A DNA stretch of 63,999 bases, filler included, from an uncultured bacterium (GTDB lineage Bacteria; CAYSBA01), in assembly GCA_964429075.1 (NCBI GenBank). It is 9 parts of 9 records of this genome, joined end to end, with 100 filler letters (N's around TTAATTAATTAA, not from the genome) between each part and the next. Parts side by side here need not be neighbours in the genome. Positions count along the whole stretch, not along the records: positions 45,895 to 53,336 come from CAYSBA010000052.1; positions 53,437 to 60,875 come from CAYSBA010000053.1; 7 more parts are not named here. One strand, written 5' to 3'. A program made the translations under genes and the position numbers. The notes below the pieces were generated by a model that saw nothing but the letters and a program-made list of their open reading frames with translations, ran no database searches and was not told the DNA's origin. Position 1 is the stretch's first letter. Each line of letters opens with the position of its first letter. Below are positions 49,220-58,629 of the stretch, in pieces.

Positions 49220-49577
49220 CGATACAGGTCTTTACTGCTTGAAGTAGGGTCATGGATGAAAAGGGTTTGGTTATGTAAAATGCACCTCCTGCTTCAAAAC
49301 CCTTTGCGTATGACTTTGGATCATCCTTAGCTGTAACAAAGATAAACACTGGAGGATCATCAATCTCGTTTATGATCTTTTCAGCAAGGGTAAATCCATC
49401 TGTATCGGGTAGCATAACATCAAGTATCAGAAGATCATATTTCTTTTTTTTCAGAAGACTCAGTACATCCATCCCATCTGGTGTGGTGTCAACCTCATAT
49501 TTTGACCTCTTCAGGATCCTTTCTTCGAGCATCCTGATCGATTCATCATCCTCAACAATCAAGATCTTTTTTGCCAT
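49209..49577 (-). CDS. Single-domain response regulator
   Basis: ILIVEDD, LLILDVMLP..DG, FVTA, YITKPF. Confidence 0.95.
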   Translation of the reverse strand: MAKKILIVEDDESIRMLEERILKRSKYEVDTTPDGMDVLSLLKKKKYDLLILDVMLPDTDGFTLAEKIINEIDDPPVFIFVTAKDDPKSYAKGFEAGGAFYITKPFSSMTLLQAVKTCIGEP

Positions 49578-49672
49578 ATCCCATAACCATAATTTATTTC
49601 TATACTAAATTTATATATTAGTATAACTTAGATAACTAAATTATTCAATTATAGCAAGATAGTATCCACAGA

Positions 49673-51688
49673 CTAAACCTCAATAAGCTCAACAAGATCT
49701 TTTACTCTGATAGATTCCTCTTTGTCCGACTGCTTAATGGCATCATCAAACATTATGTAACAGAAGGGACAACTTGTTACAACCGTATCTGCTCCTGTCT
49801 TTTCTACATCCTTCAGCCTGAGTGCATTTACCCTTTTTTCAACTGGCTCTTCAAGCCACATCCTTGCCCCTCCTGCACCACAACAAAGGGAACGACAGTA
49901 GTTTCTCTCCATCTCTACTGGCACTGTATCACCCATCCTGATCACCTTACGTGGTTCTTCAAAAATACCGTTGTACCTACCAAGATAGCAGGAATCGTGA
50001 ACGGTGATCTTTCCGAGTTCCTCTGTGTTAACCTTAAGCCCTGCGTTTTTTATAAAGATCGGAAGGAGCTCAGACAGATGATATACCTCATAATTCCCAC
50101 CAAAGGCAGGATATTCATTTTTGATAGTGTTATAACAGTGAGGGCAGTTTGTAATTATCTTCTTTACCCCATATCTATTAAAGGTATCAATATTCTGTTT
50201 AGCTAAGATCTGAAAGAGATATTCATGTCCTGCCCTGTTGGCAGAGTCTCCGGTGCATACCTCCTCTTCACCAAGTACTGCATAATCTATGCCGCATCTA
50301 TTTAGAATCTTCACAATCTTCTGGGTTATCTTTTTATAACGATCATCATAGCTACCAGCACAACCCACAAAAAACAGATATTCACATGACCCCTTCTCAG
50401 CCAGCACAGGGACCTCTTCATCAATCTGCTCTGCCCAGTCCATCCTCTTGTTTGATCCAAGACCCCAGGGATTGAAATTGGTCTCCATTCCCTTAAAGGC
50501 TGATGTTAACTCTTTCGGGAAACGACTCTCCATGGTTACAAGGTAGCGACGCATATTTACGATACGCTGTACAAATTCGATACAAACAGGACACTGTTCT
50601 TCACAGGAACGACAGGTAGTACATGCCCAGATAACATCTTCACTTATAGCACCTCCTGTAAACTCACCTGCTTTTTCTTCTGCCTTTTCAGCATCCTCAG
50701 GTATGTCGTTCAAAATTGCAGGGGCCTTCTTATATAGATAGGTCAGCATATCCTTGTTGAGCTTTTTTGGAGAGAGTGGTTTGTTTGTAAGGTAGGCAGG
50801 ACAATTATCCTGGCACCTTCCACATTGTGTACAGGTGTATATATCCAGGATATCTTTCCAGCTCATATCTGTGATATCCTTTACTCCAACCACCTTGTCT
50901 TCTTCTAAGAGTTTCTCAACATCAAGGGGTTGAAGCCTACCTGGTGGATCGAGACGGCTAAAAAAGACATTTGGAATTGCTGTTATGACATGAAAGTGTT
51001 TCCCATAGGGTAGATAATTCAGAAATAAAAGGATCAGTGTAACATGAATAAAATACATACTGGACATTATTCTGAACATAGATGGCCTATCTAATCCTAC
51101 AAGCATCTTTCCAATAAAGGCACCAACTGGTGCATAGCTATGAAACTCCCCTGACAATGCCATAGCTGAACCATCGAAAACAAGATCTGTAATCATCAAG
51201 ATAAAAATCCAGATCAGGATCAAGACTCCTTCAAATGATGTTCCCAATCTATCCGGTTTTAAAATAAGCCTTCTGTATGCTGCTGCAGTCACACCTATTA
51301 GAACAAGTATTTCAAAAAGATCCTTCATAAATGAGTAGCCTGCCTCAAATCCTCCAGACATAAATGGCAATCTAAATGTTGGATCAAATCCAATCCCCAT
51401 AAGGGTTATGGTCCTTATGGATACTACACAAAAACCCCAGAAAATGAAGGCATGACCGAGTCCTGCACCTCTGTAGAATCTGAGTATTTTCTTCTGACCG
51501 AAGGCAATCCTTATAACCCTTAATAATCTCTCTCCTATTCTGTCAAACCTATCTTTCGGAGATGCAGCAAGGAGCAGTCTCAGGCGATGGATTATGGTCC
51601 TTACAAAAAAGATAAAAAGGACGACAAAAACGATTATAAATAGATTTCTCCCACTTATATTAAATAATGTAAAACTTAGAGGATCCAT
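49673..51688 (-). CDS. Membrane-bound Fe-S oxidoreductase (NarI-like TM + 4Fe-4S + two CCG domains; FadF/HdrF-like)
   Basis: H..IFWGF, YLPY.KH.H, CTQCGRC...CP, CTTC.SC...CP, FVGC, CPHC, HDSCYLGR, CCGAGG, CPFC. Confidence 0.9.
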   Translation of the reverse strand: MDPLSFTLFNISGRNLFIIVFVVLFIFFVRTIIHRLRLLLAASPKDRFDRIGERLLRVIRIAFGQKKILRFYRGAGLGHAFIFWGFCVVSIRTITLMGIGFDPTFRLPFMSGGFEAGYSFMKDLFEILVLIGVTAAAYRRLILKPDRLGTSFEGVLILIWIFILMITDLVFDGSAMALSGEFHSYAPVGAFIGKMLVGLDRPSMFRIMSSMYFIHVTLILLFLNYLPYGKHFHVITAIPNVFFSRLDPPGRLQPLDVEKLLEEDKVVGVKDITDMSWKDILDIYTCTQCGRCQDNCPAYLTNKPLSPKKLNKDMLTYLYKKAPAILNDIPEDAEKAEEKAGEFTGGAISEDVIWACTTCRSCEEQCPVCIEFVQRIVNMRRYLVTMESRFPKELTSAFKGMETNFNPWGLGSNKRMDWAEQIDEEVPVLAEKGSCEYLFFVGCAGSYDDRYKKITQKIVKILNRCGIDYAVLGEEEVCTGDSANRAGHEYLFQILAKQNIDTFNRYGVKKIITNCPHCYNTIKNEYPAFGGNYEVYHLSELLPIFIKNAGLKVNTEELGKITVHDSCYLGRYNGIFEEPRKVIRMGDTVPVEMERNYCRSLCCGAGGARMWLEEPVEKRVNALRLKDVEKTGADTVVTSCPFCYIMFDDAIKQSDKEESIRVKDLVELIEV

Positions 51689-51772
51689 ACACTTTCTCCA
51701 CAGGAACTATTGCAAAACTAAATATACAGAGGCTCACTTTTTTGCAAGTTTTTTATTTTGATGTTAAAAAAT

Positions 51773-52630
51773 TTAATAACTTCCGCTTCTCAATCTTCTA
51801 ATTCTCTCCTCAACAGGAGGATGGGTTGAAAAAAGATTAAGCAAGCTCATTCCAGAAAAGGGATTATAGATAAACATATGAGCAGTTACACCATGTGCCG
51901 GAGTTGGTGGTACTACCCTGTATCTGTTTGAAAATCCGGCTATCTTTTCAAGTGCTCTTGCCAGTCCTTCCGGGTTACCTGTTATCCTCGCAGACCCTGC
52001 ATCTGCAAGGTATTCTCTCGATCTTGAGATAGCTGCCTGCAGGAGAACTGCTATTATTGGCACCAATATAGCACTTATAAGAAGTACAAAAATATTGTTA
52101 TCATCGTCATCACTCCTTGCAAAACCACCGAAGATAGCAGCCCACTTGGCCATATTGGCAAGCATCATAAGGGCTGATGCAATTGTAGCTGCAACAGTCG
52201 AGATCAATATATCTCTATGTTTGATATGTGATAATTCATGACCGAGAACCCCCTCAAGTTCTTCATAAGTCATCATATTAAGAAGGCCCTGAGTCACTGC
52301 AACAACACTTTTTTGTGGATTTCTTCCGGTAGCAAATGCATTTGGTATCTCAAGGGGCACAATATATATCTTTGGCATTGGTAGGTTCGCACGCTGGGCA
52401 AGATCTCGGACAATGTTGTATAGATCTCTATGTTCAGATGGATCTGCCTCTCGTGCTCTGTATAGTGCAAGAACAATCTTATCACTGTAAAAATATGAGA
52501 AGAAATTCATCATAAGTGCAATGGCAAAAGCAAAGATAATACCTGTTCTCCCTGCAAACATACCTCCAAAAAGGAGCAAAAGCCCACTTAAGACAGAAAG
52601 TAATATAACTGTCTTCATCTGGTTCCACAT
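51773..52630 (-). CDS. htpX: Zinc metalloprotease HtpX
   Basis: PNAFATGRNP, GVLGHELSH, ISRSREYLAD, FSTHPP.EERI; AAGGAGG RBS. Confidence 0.96.
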   Translation of the reverse strand: MWNQMKTVILLSVLSGLLLLFGGMFAGRTGIIFAFAIALMMNFFSYFYSDKIVLALYRAREADPSEHRDLYNIVRDLAQRANLPMPKIYIVPLEIPNAFATGRNPQKSVVAVTQGLLNMMTYEELEGVLGHELSHIKHRDILISTVAATIASALMMLANMAKWAAIFGGFARSDDDDNNIFVLLISAILVPIIAVLLQAAISRSREYLADAGSARITGNPEGLARALEKIAGFSNRYRVVPPTPAHGVTAHMFIYNPFSGMSLLNLFSTHPPVEERIRRLRSGSY

Positions 52631-52676
52631 ATTATACCTCCTTATTATCCTTTTAACAGATAAAAAACTACCATTT

Positions 52677-52705
52677 ATCATAATCAGCAATACCTCTTCG
52701 GTCAA
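52677..52705 (-). promoter_or_regulatory. Putative sigma70 promoter of htpX
   Basis: TTGACC-17-TATGAT. Confidence 0.6.
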
Positions 52706-52820
52706 GCACCCTATCTGTAATTAAAAAACGAATAACATCTAAAAGATGCTACAACGCCGGCTAAATTTAACAATGATCCTTTAAATTGAAATTTTGTCAC
52801 ACTGTGCTATATCCTTTGAT

Positions 52821-53336
52821 ATGATCGTTACGTGTAAAAAATGTGGGAGTAAAAACGATCTCGGAAACCGATCATTGCCAGAAAAGGGTGTTTATGTAAG
52901 ATGTCACAAATGTAAGAGTCTTTTTTTTGTTAAACCCACCATATCTAAAAAAGAGGAATCTACTACCAGCAAAAATGATACTGAAATAAAACAAACTGAA
53001 AATCAAAATAACCAAAAAGACTCAAAAAAATCAAAGGTCGAAGATGATTTCTCAAACCTTGAAGAAGTAATATCGAACATCATTTCATCTACTGACATCG
53101 ATCCAACAAAGACAGTAGATATGCGTGATTCGTCCCCCTCAATAGATAGTGAAAATAAAGAGGATGAAGATGAAATTGACATAGATGTAGAACTTGATGG
53201 AGATTCTAAAGATTTAGAGGCGGATACAGCTGCACACGATCCTTTAGATTATGGTAACGTTGAGATTCAGGAAAAGAGTGACAAGGACATTCTCTCAATA
53301 CTTGAAGATCCAGGTGAAAATGAAAAGGAGCAGGAA
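52821..53336 (+). CDS. MJ0042-type zinc-ribbon protein with acidic disordered region, 3' truncated
   Basis: MIVTCKKCG......LPEKG..VRC.KC...FFV followed by D/E/S-rich sequence. Confidence 0.85.
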
Positions 53337-53436
53337 NNNNNNNNNNNNNNNNNNNNNNNNNNNNNNNNNNNNNNNNNNNNTTAATTAATTAANNNNNNNN
53401 NNNNNNNNNNNNNNNNNNNNNNNNNNNNNNNNNNNN

Positions 53437-54670
53437 ATATATCATCGAGTACAGTCTCAACAACAGTATGTAATCTTCTTGCACCGATGTCCTCTTGAGA
53501 TTCATTAAGTTTTACAGCGAGTTTAGCAATCTCTCTTATTGCATCCTCTTTAAAAATCAAATCCACCTTTTCGGTCTTCAACAGTTCAATGTACTGCTTG
53601 ATCAAAGAACCCTCTGTCTCAGTTAATATTTTAAAAAAGGACTCTTCATCAAGGCTGTCCAGTTCTACCCTTATGGGGAAACGCCCCTGTAGCTCCGGTA
53701 TTAGATCTGAAGGCTTGCTCATCGTAAATGCACCAGCTGCAATAAATAAGATATGATCAGTCTTTATAGAGCCATATTTTGTCATAACAGTACAGCCCTC
53801 AATAAGGGGCAAAAGATCCCTCTGAACCCCTTCTCTTGATACATCAGGTCCTGAGTGTGAACTGCTTCTTATGGCAACTTTATCTATTTCATCAATAAAG
53901 ATTATCCCGTTGTTTTCTGCAAGTTCTATTGCCTCTCTGCTGAGCTCTTCAATGTTTATCATACTCCCGAGTTGTTGATCTTCAAGTGTCTTTCTGGCAT
54001 CTTTTACCCGCATCTTTTTTGTTTCAGTATGCTTGGGTAGCAGATTCTCAAATAGGTTTGAAACAGCCATATCCATCTCTTCTATACCCATGTTCGAAAA
54101 TATCTTAAGGCCTTTTAGTTTTGGACTGCTAATATCAACATCAATGATAAAATCATCAAATCTACCCTCCCTCAGGAGGCGTTTTGCAATCATATTCTTA
54201 TTATCACCATCTCGTGTCTCTGCATCTATAATCCCTGTGGCCACCGGATTATTCATCAGCTTTTGAATAATCTTTTCTTCTGCAATCTTTTCTGCCTGTT
54301 TTCTTAGCTCTTTTTCCTTCTTCCTTCTCATTATATCCACAGCCACTTCTACAAGATCCCTGACCATAGAATCCACATCACGACCCACATATCCAACCTC
54401 TGTAAATTTTGTGGCCTCTACCTTTACCATTGGAGCATTAACAAGCTTTGCAACCCGTCTTGCAATCTCTGTCTTACCAACTCCTGTAGGTCCTATGAGT
54501 AAGATATTCTTGGGGAATATCTCGTCTTTGATACTCTTTATAATCTGTTTTCGTCTCCAACGATTTCTTATGGCAATTGCTACAGCCTTCTTTGCTCTTT
54601 CCTGACCAATGATATATCTATCGAGTTCACCAACAATCTCTCTTGGTGTTAAGCAGGTATTTTCATTCAT
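53437..54670 (-). CDS. hslU: HslU ATPase subunit, 3' truncated
   Basis: LTPREIV.ELDRYIIGQ, GPTGVGKTEIARR, KFTEVGYVGRDV, GVQRDLLP, IGARRLHT. Confidence 0.98.
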
Positions 54671-55212
54671 AATTCCACCACCTCTATATTTTCGTTTGTA
54701 TAAATGCAGATAGATGCAGCAATTTTCATTGCTTCTTCGACAATCCTTTTTGCACCCATTTTCGTGTGTTTAAGGAGCGCAGTTGCTGCAGCAACTGCAT
54801 ATGGGCCACCGGACCCAATTGCCATGACATCTCCATCTGGTGCGATTACATCTCCATCACCAGAAACCAGAAGTATATTTTTTTTATCAGCTACAAGCAT
54901 AAGTGCTTCTAAGTGTCTAAGCCTCTTGTCGGTCCTCCACTCCTTTGCAAGGGATATAGATGCCTTAAGGAGGTTACCAGCAGTATCTTTTAACTTCTCT
55001 TCAAAGAGTTCAAAGAGTGTTATTGCATCAGCGGTACGGCCTGCAAAACCTGCAAGTACACTACCATTGTAAAGGGTTCTAATCTTGTGAGCACCCTTTT
55101 TTATTATTGTATCACCCATTGTTATCTGGCCATCTCCTGCCATTGCTACCTTGGATGATCTCTTTACAACAAGGATTGTTGTACCATAGCGTTTTTTATC
55201 TTCCATATTCAT
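54667..55212 (-). CDS. hslV: HslV protease subunit
   Basis: TTIL, AGDGQ.T.G, GFAG.TADA, WRTD..LR.LEA, IGSGG, ICIYTN. Confidence 0.97.
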   Translation of the reverse strand: MNMEDKKRYGTTILVVKRSSKVAMAGDGQITMGDTIIKKGAHKIRTLYNGSVLAGFAGRTADAITLFELFEEKLKDTAGNLLKASISLAKEWRTDKRLRHLEALMLVADKKNILLVSGDGDVIAPDGDVMAIGSGGPYAVAAATALLKHTKMGAKRIVEEAMKIAASICIYTNENIEVVEL

Positions 55213-56090
55213 GCCCTCGGATGAGTTTTATCATAAACCTGTTTAAGTCTCGAATAATCGAGTTTTGTATAGATCTGGGTGGTTGAAAGACTTACATGAC
55301 CCAGAAGCTCCTGTATAAGCCTTATATCCATCCCCCTTTCAAGTAGATGGGTGGCGAAGGAGTGTCTGAATGTGTGGGGAGATATAGGCCTTGTAATACC
55401 ATAGGCCTTAGCATATTTTGTTATTATTTTTCTGAGGTTACTATCTGTCATTGGGTTTCCTTTTTGGTTTAAAAAGAGTCTTTTTACCTTTGGATTGAAA
55501 AGAGGCCTTATCCCTAAATATTTCTTTAACCACCTTATAGATTCTTTGCTTAGAAAGACAAGTCTCTCTTTCATACCCTTGCCAGTTATCCTGATTGTAT
55601 CAGGCAGGTCTCTAACATCATCAACTGTCAAAGCAAGCATCTCACCCACTCTCATACCACTGCTGTACAAGATCTCAAGCATTGCCCTATCCCTGATTCC
55701 CTCCTTGGTACCGGTATCTATAGATTCAATAAGTCCTATGATCTCTTCAACCTTAAGATATGTAGGGAGCCTCTTTTCTATCTTTGGTCCTGATAAAAAT
55801 TCAAACGGATTCTTACTACTTATGCCTCTTTTTTTAAGAAATTCATAAAATGATTTCATAGAACTCAGTTTTCTACCCATTGTTCTTGCACTATTTTTGG
55901 TCAGAAGGTGCGATAACCAGTGTCTTGCCATGTTTCTATCGAATGTTTCTATACTCTTTTTTTTTGATTTTAAATATACTAAAAATTCATCAAGGTCCTT
56001 TAAATAGGCCTCTACTGTGTTGGGCGAAAGCCCTCTCTCAAGGGCGAGATAGTTTTTATAAGAATCCAAAATATCCTGCAAGGCATTCAC
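55209..56090 (-). CDS. xerC: Tyrosine recombinase XerC/XerD (XerC by synteny with hslVU)
   Basis: RDRA.LE.LYS.G.R..E, GKG.KER, SPH.FRHSFATHLL..G.D...IQELLGH..LSTTQIYT. Confidence 0.85.
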   Translation of the reverse strand: MNALQDILDSYKNYLALERGLSPNTVEAYLKDLDEFLVYLKSKKKSIETFDRNMARHWLSHLLTKNSARTMGRKLSSMKSFYEFLKKRGISSKNPFEFLSGPKIEKRLPTYLKVEEIIGLIESIDTGTKEGIRDRAMLEILYSSGMRVGEMLALTVDDVRDLPDTIRITGKGMKERLVFLSKESIRWLKKYLGIRPLFNPKVKRLFLNQKGNPMTDSNLRKIITKYAKAYGITRPISPHTFRHSFATHLLERGMDIRLIQELLGHVSLSTTQIYTKLDYSRLKQVYDKTHPRA

Positions 56091-56096
56091 AGAGTT

Positions 56097-56125
56097 ATTT
56101 TAACCATATCAATAATCTGAGTCAA
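56097..56125 (-). promoter_or_regulatory. Putative leaderless promoter of xerC-hslVU
   Basis: TTGACT-17-TAAAAT, 6 nt before GTG 56090. Confidence 0.6.
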
Positions 56126-56155
56126 ATCAGTACAGCAAAAAAATATCCTACTGTT

Positions 56156-56184
56156 TTGACATCTATGTATACATGCTCTATTAT
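56156..56184 (+). promoter_or_regulatory. Putative sigma70 promoter of the helicase/nuclease operon
   Basis: TTGACA-17-TATTAT, 9 nt before ATG 56194. Confidence 0.65.
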
Positions 56185-56193
56185 GCATAATTA

Positions 56194-58629
56194 ATGAAAG
56201 GTATTGACTCAAGGATAGAAGATGCGATCTATTCACTTAAGAAAGATCCGCTGATCCGTTCGGGCGGATTATCAATCAGGGTCCAGCCTCCAAGATCTGC
56301 AAGGGTCACGGAGATAGATATCTTGAGTGAACCCTTAAAAAGAGGCCTCATAAGGCTTGGTATAAAGAACCTTTTTTTACATCAGGCAGAAGCGATAAAT
56401 AATATCCTCTCTGGGAAAAACACAACTATATCTACACCCACTGCTTCTGGCAAAACTATATGTTATAATGTCCCTGTACTTGAAACACTTTCGCAAAAAA
56501 AGAGGTCAAAGGCATTATATATGTTCCCTACAAAGGCTCTATCTCAGGATCAGCGAGAGGCCTTTTACAGACTCAGGAATGCATGTGAATTAGATGCACT
56601 ATGTGACATCTACGATGGGGATACTCCCCAGGAAAAAAGACGCAGGATAAGAGAGGGATGTGATGTTGTAATAACAAATCCAGACATGTTACATAGAGCA
56701 ATCCTGCCCCATCATCCAAAGTGGGCAAAATTCTTTGCAGACTTAGATTATGTTGTTATCGATGAGATTCATACCTATACAGGTATATTCGGGAGTCATC
56801 TTGCTAACCTGATAAGGAGACTTAAAAGGATTGCAAGATTCTACAGTAGTAACCCTATCTTTGTAACCTGTTCTGCTACAATAGGGAATCCAAAAGAGAT
56901 ATCCGAAAACATCGTTGAAGCGGAGTTTGTCCTTGTAGACAAAAATGGTGCTCCAGAGGGTGCAAGGGTATATGCCTTTTTCATGCCACCCATAGTCGAT
57001 TCTGTTACCGGTATAAGGGCAAGCTATCTTGTATGTGCCAGACGCTGTGCGAGGATACTGGTTGAAGGAGGACTGAAGGGAATAGTCTTTGTCAATTCTC
57101 GACTAAATGTTGAGGTACTAACACGCAGTCTCAAGGAGGAGTTTGAAAAGAGAGGTCTTGACCCAGAACGAATCAGGGGTTACCGAGGAGGATATCTGCC
57201 TGAGTCAAGGAGGGAGATTGAGAGGGCAATGAGAGATAACGATATTGACTGCATAGTTAGCACAAATGCACTTGAGCTCGGGATTGATATAGGTTCACTC
57301 GATTTTTCTATCGCTGCCGGTTTCCCGGATTCTATCTCATCCCTTTTTCAACGATTCGGTAGGGCCGGAAGAAGACGCTCTGGTGCCCTCTGCCTTCTGA
57401 TTGCAAGAAGTGATCCCCTCGATCAGTTTATGGTACACCAGAATGATTATCTCTTTAAAAAGGGGCCCGAAATTGCACTGGTAGATCCAGATAACATCTA
57501 CGTACTTATGGATCATATCAGATGTGCGGTTTTTGAGCTGCCCTTCAGACAGAATGAAACCTTTGGAAGACTTGATATTGAGGACACTCATGCACTTCTT
57601 GATCATCTGTCTGAAGGCAGGGTTGTACACAGACAGGACAATACGTGGTATTGGGTAGGAGACAGATATCCTGCAGAGAAGGTTGACCTACGCAACATCC
57701 CTGGTGTGAACTACGTTGTATGTGTTCAGAGTCATAACGGGAAAAGAAGGGTTATTGGTGAGGTTGATTACACCTCTGCAATGAATACCATCTATGAAGG
57801 TGCTATATATCTCGTTCAGGGTGAAACACACATAATAACAAAGATAGATCACAGAGAAAGGATAGCCTATGCAGAAAAGGAAGATACCGATTACTTCACT
57901 GATGCTATTGTAAATTCTCGAATAGAGGTCCTCAGTATAGACAACAAAAACGATCGGGATAATCTTTTGCTTGAGCTCGGTGATGTTTCTGTGTACAGTG
58001 AAGCTTCTGGTTACAAAAAGATTCGTTTTGATACTAGAGAAAATGTAGGGTATGGTGAGATAGACTGGCCTGCAATCGAATATCATACAAGATCTTTGAT
58101 CCTTACTTTCCGTCCAGCTCTTTTTGAAGGCGCTGGTTTATCGCTTGCAGAGATACTCGATTGTCTTGAACGCTACAGATCAACCCTTCATGCAGCCTTC
58201 TGTCAGATTGCAATGTGTGCAAGACAGGATATTGGTAGTGTCCTTCAGGATAGAAGATTGAGCTGGAGGTTGATAAACACGCCATCATCGAGGGTTGTAA
58301 CAGGCATATCTGCCTCTGCATTACTTAGGGATGATGTTGATGAATTTGAGCCAGCCATCTTTATCTACGATGCATATACAGGAGGCGTGGGTCTTGCTGA
58401 CGGTGTATATCCGCTGGCAGCCAAGGTTGCTGAGGTAGCAACAAAGATGATTACAGGTTGCGACTGTCAAGATGGTTGTCCATCCTGTATTGGTCCACTA
58501 CTTCAGGATACAAAGCTTACCTTCAGTGAAGATGGTCCCCTTTCTGGAGTCTTTGTGAAAAATGAGGGATTAAAAAAGAGAGTCAGCACAATAGCAGAGC
58601 TTGTAGAAAGTGGTATAAAGGGTGAGTAA
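56194..58629 (+). CDS. DEAD/DEAH-box helicase with C-terminal DUF1998 zinc domain (YprA/MrfA/Hrq1 family)
   Basis: TPTASGKT, PTKAL.QDQ, TNPDMLH, DE.H.Y.G.FGSH, SATI.NP, YRGGY, ALELGIDIG, QR.GRAGRR, GG.G, C.C..GCPSC. Confidence 0.93.
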   Translation: MKGIDSRIEDAIYSLKKDPLIRSGGLSIRVQPPRSARVTEIDILSEPLKRGLIRLGIKNLFLHQAEAINNILSGKNTTISTPTASGKTICYNVPVLETLSQKKRSKALYMFPTKALSQDQREAFYRLRNACELDALCDIYDGDTPQEKRRRIREGCDVVITNPDMLHRAILPHHPKWAKFFADLDYVVIDEIHTYTGIFGSHLANLIRRLKRIARFYSSNPIFVTCSATIGNPKEISENIVEAEFVLVDKNGAPEGARVYAFFMPPIVDSVTGIRASYLVCARRCARILVEGGLKGIVFVNSRLNVEVLTRSLKEEFEKRGLDPERIRGYRGGYLPESRREIERAMRDNDIDCIVSTNALELGIDIGSLDFSIAAGFPDSISSLFQRFGRAGRRRSGALCLLIARSDPLDQFMVHQNDYLFKKGPEIALVDPDNIYVLMDHIRCAVFELPFRQNETFGRLDIEDTHALLDHLSEGRVVHRQDNTWYWVGDRYPAEKVDLRNIPGVNYVVCVQSHNGKRRVIGEVDYTSAMNTIYEGAIYLVQGETHIITKIDHRERIAYAEKEDTDYFTDAIVNSRIEVLSIDNKNDRDNLLLELGDVSVYSEASGYKKIRFDTRENVGYGEIDWPAIEYHTRSLILTFRPALFEGAGLSLAEILDCLERYRSTLHAAFCQIAMCARQDIGSVLQDRRLSWRLINTPSSRVVTGISASALLRDDVDEFEPAIFIYDAYTGGVGLADGVYPLAAKVAEVATKMITGCDCQDGCPSCIGPLLQDTKLTFSEDGPLSGVFVKNEGLKKRVSTIAELVESGIKGE

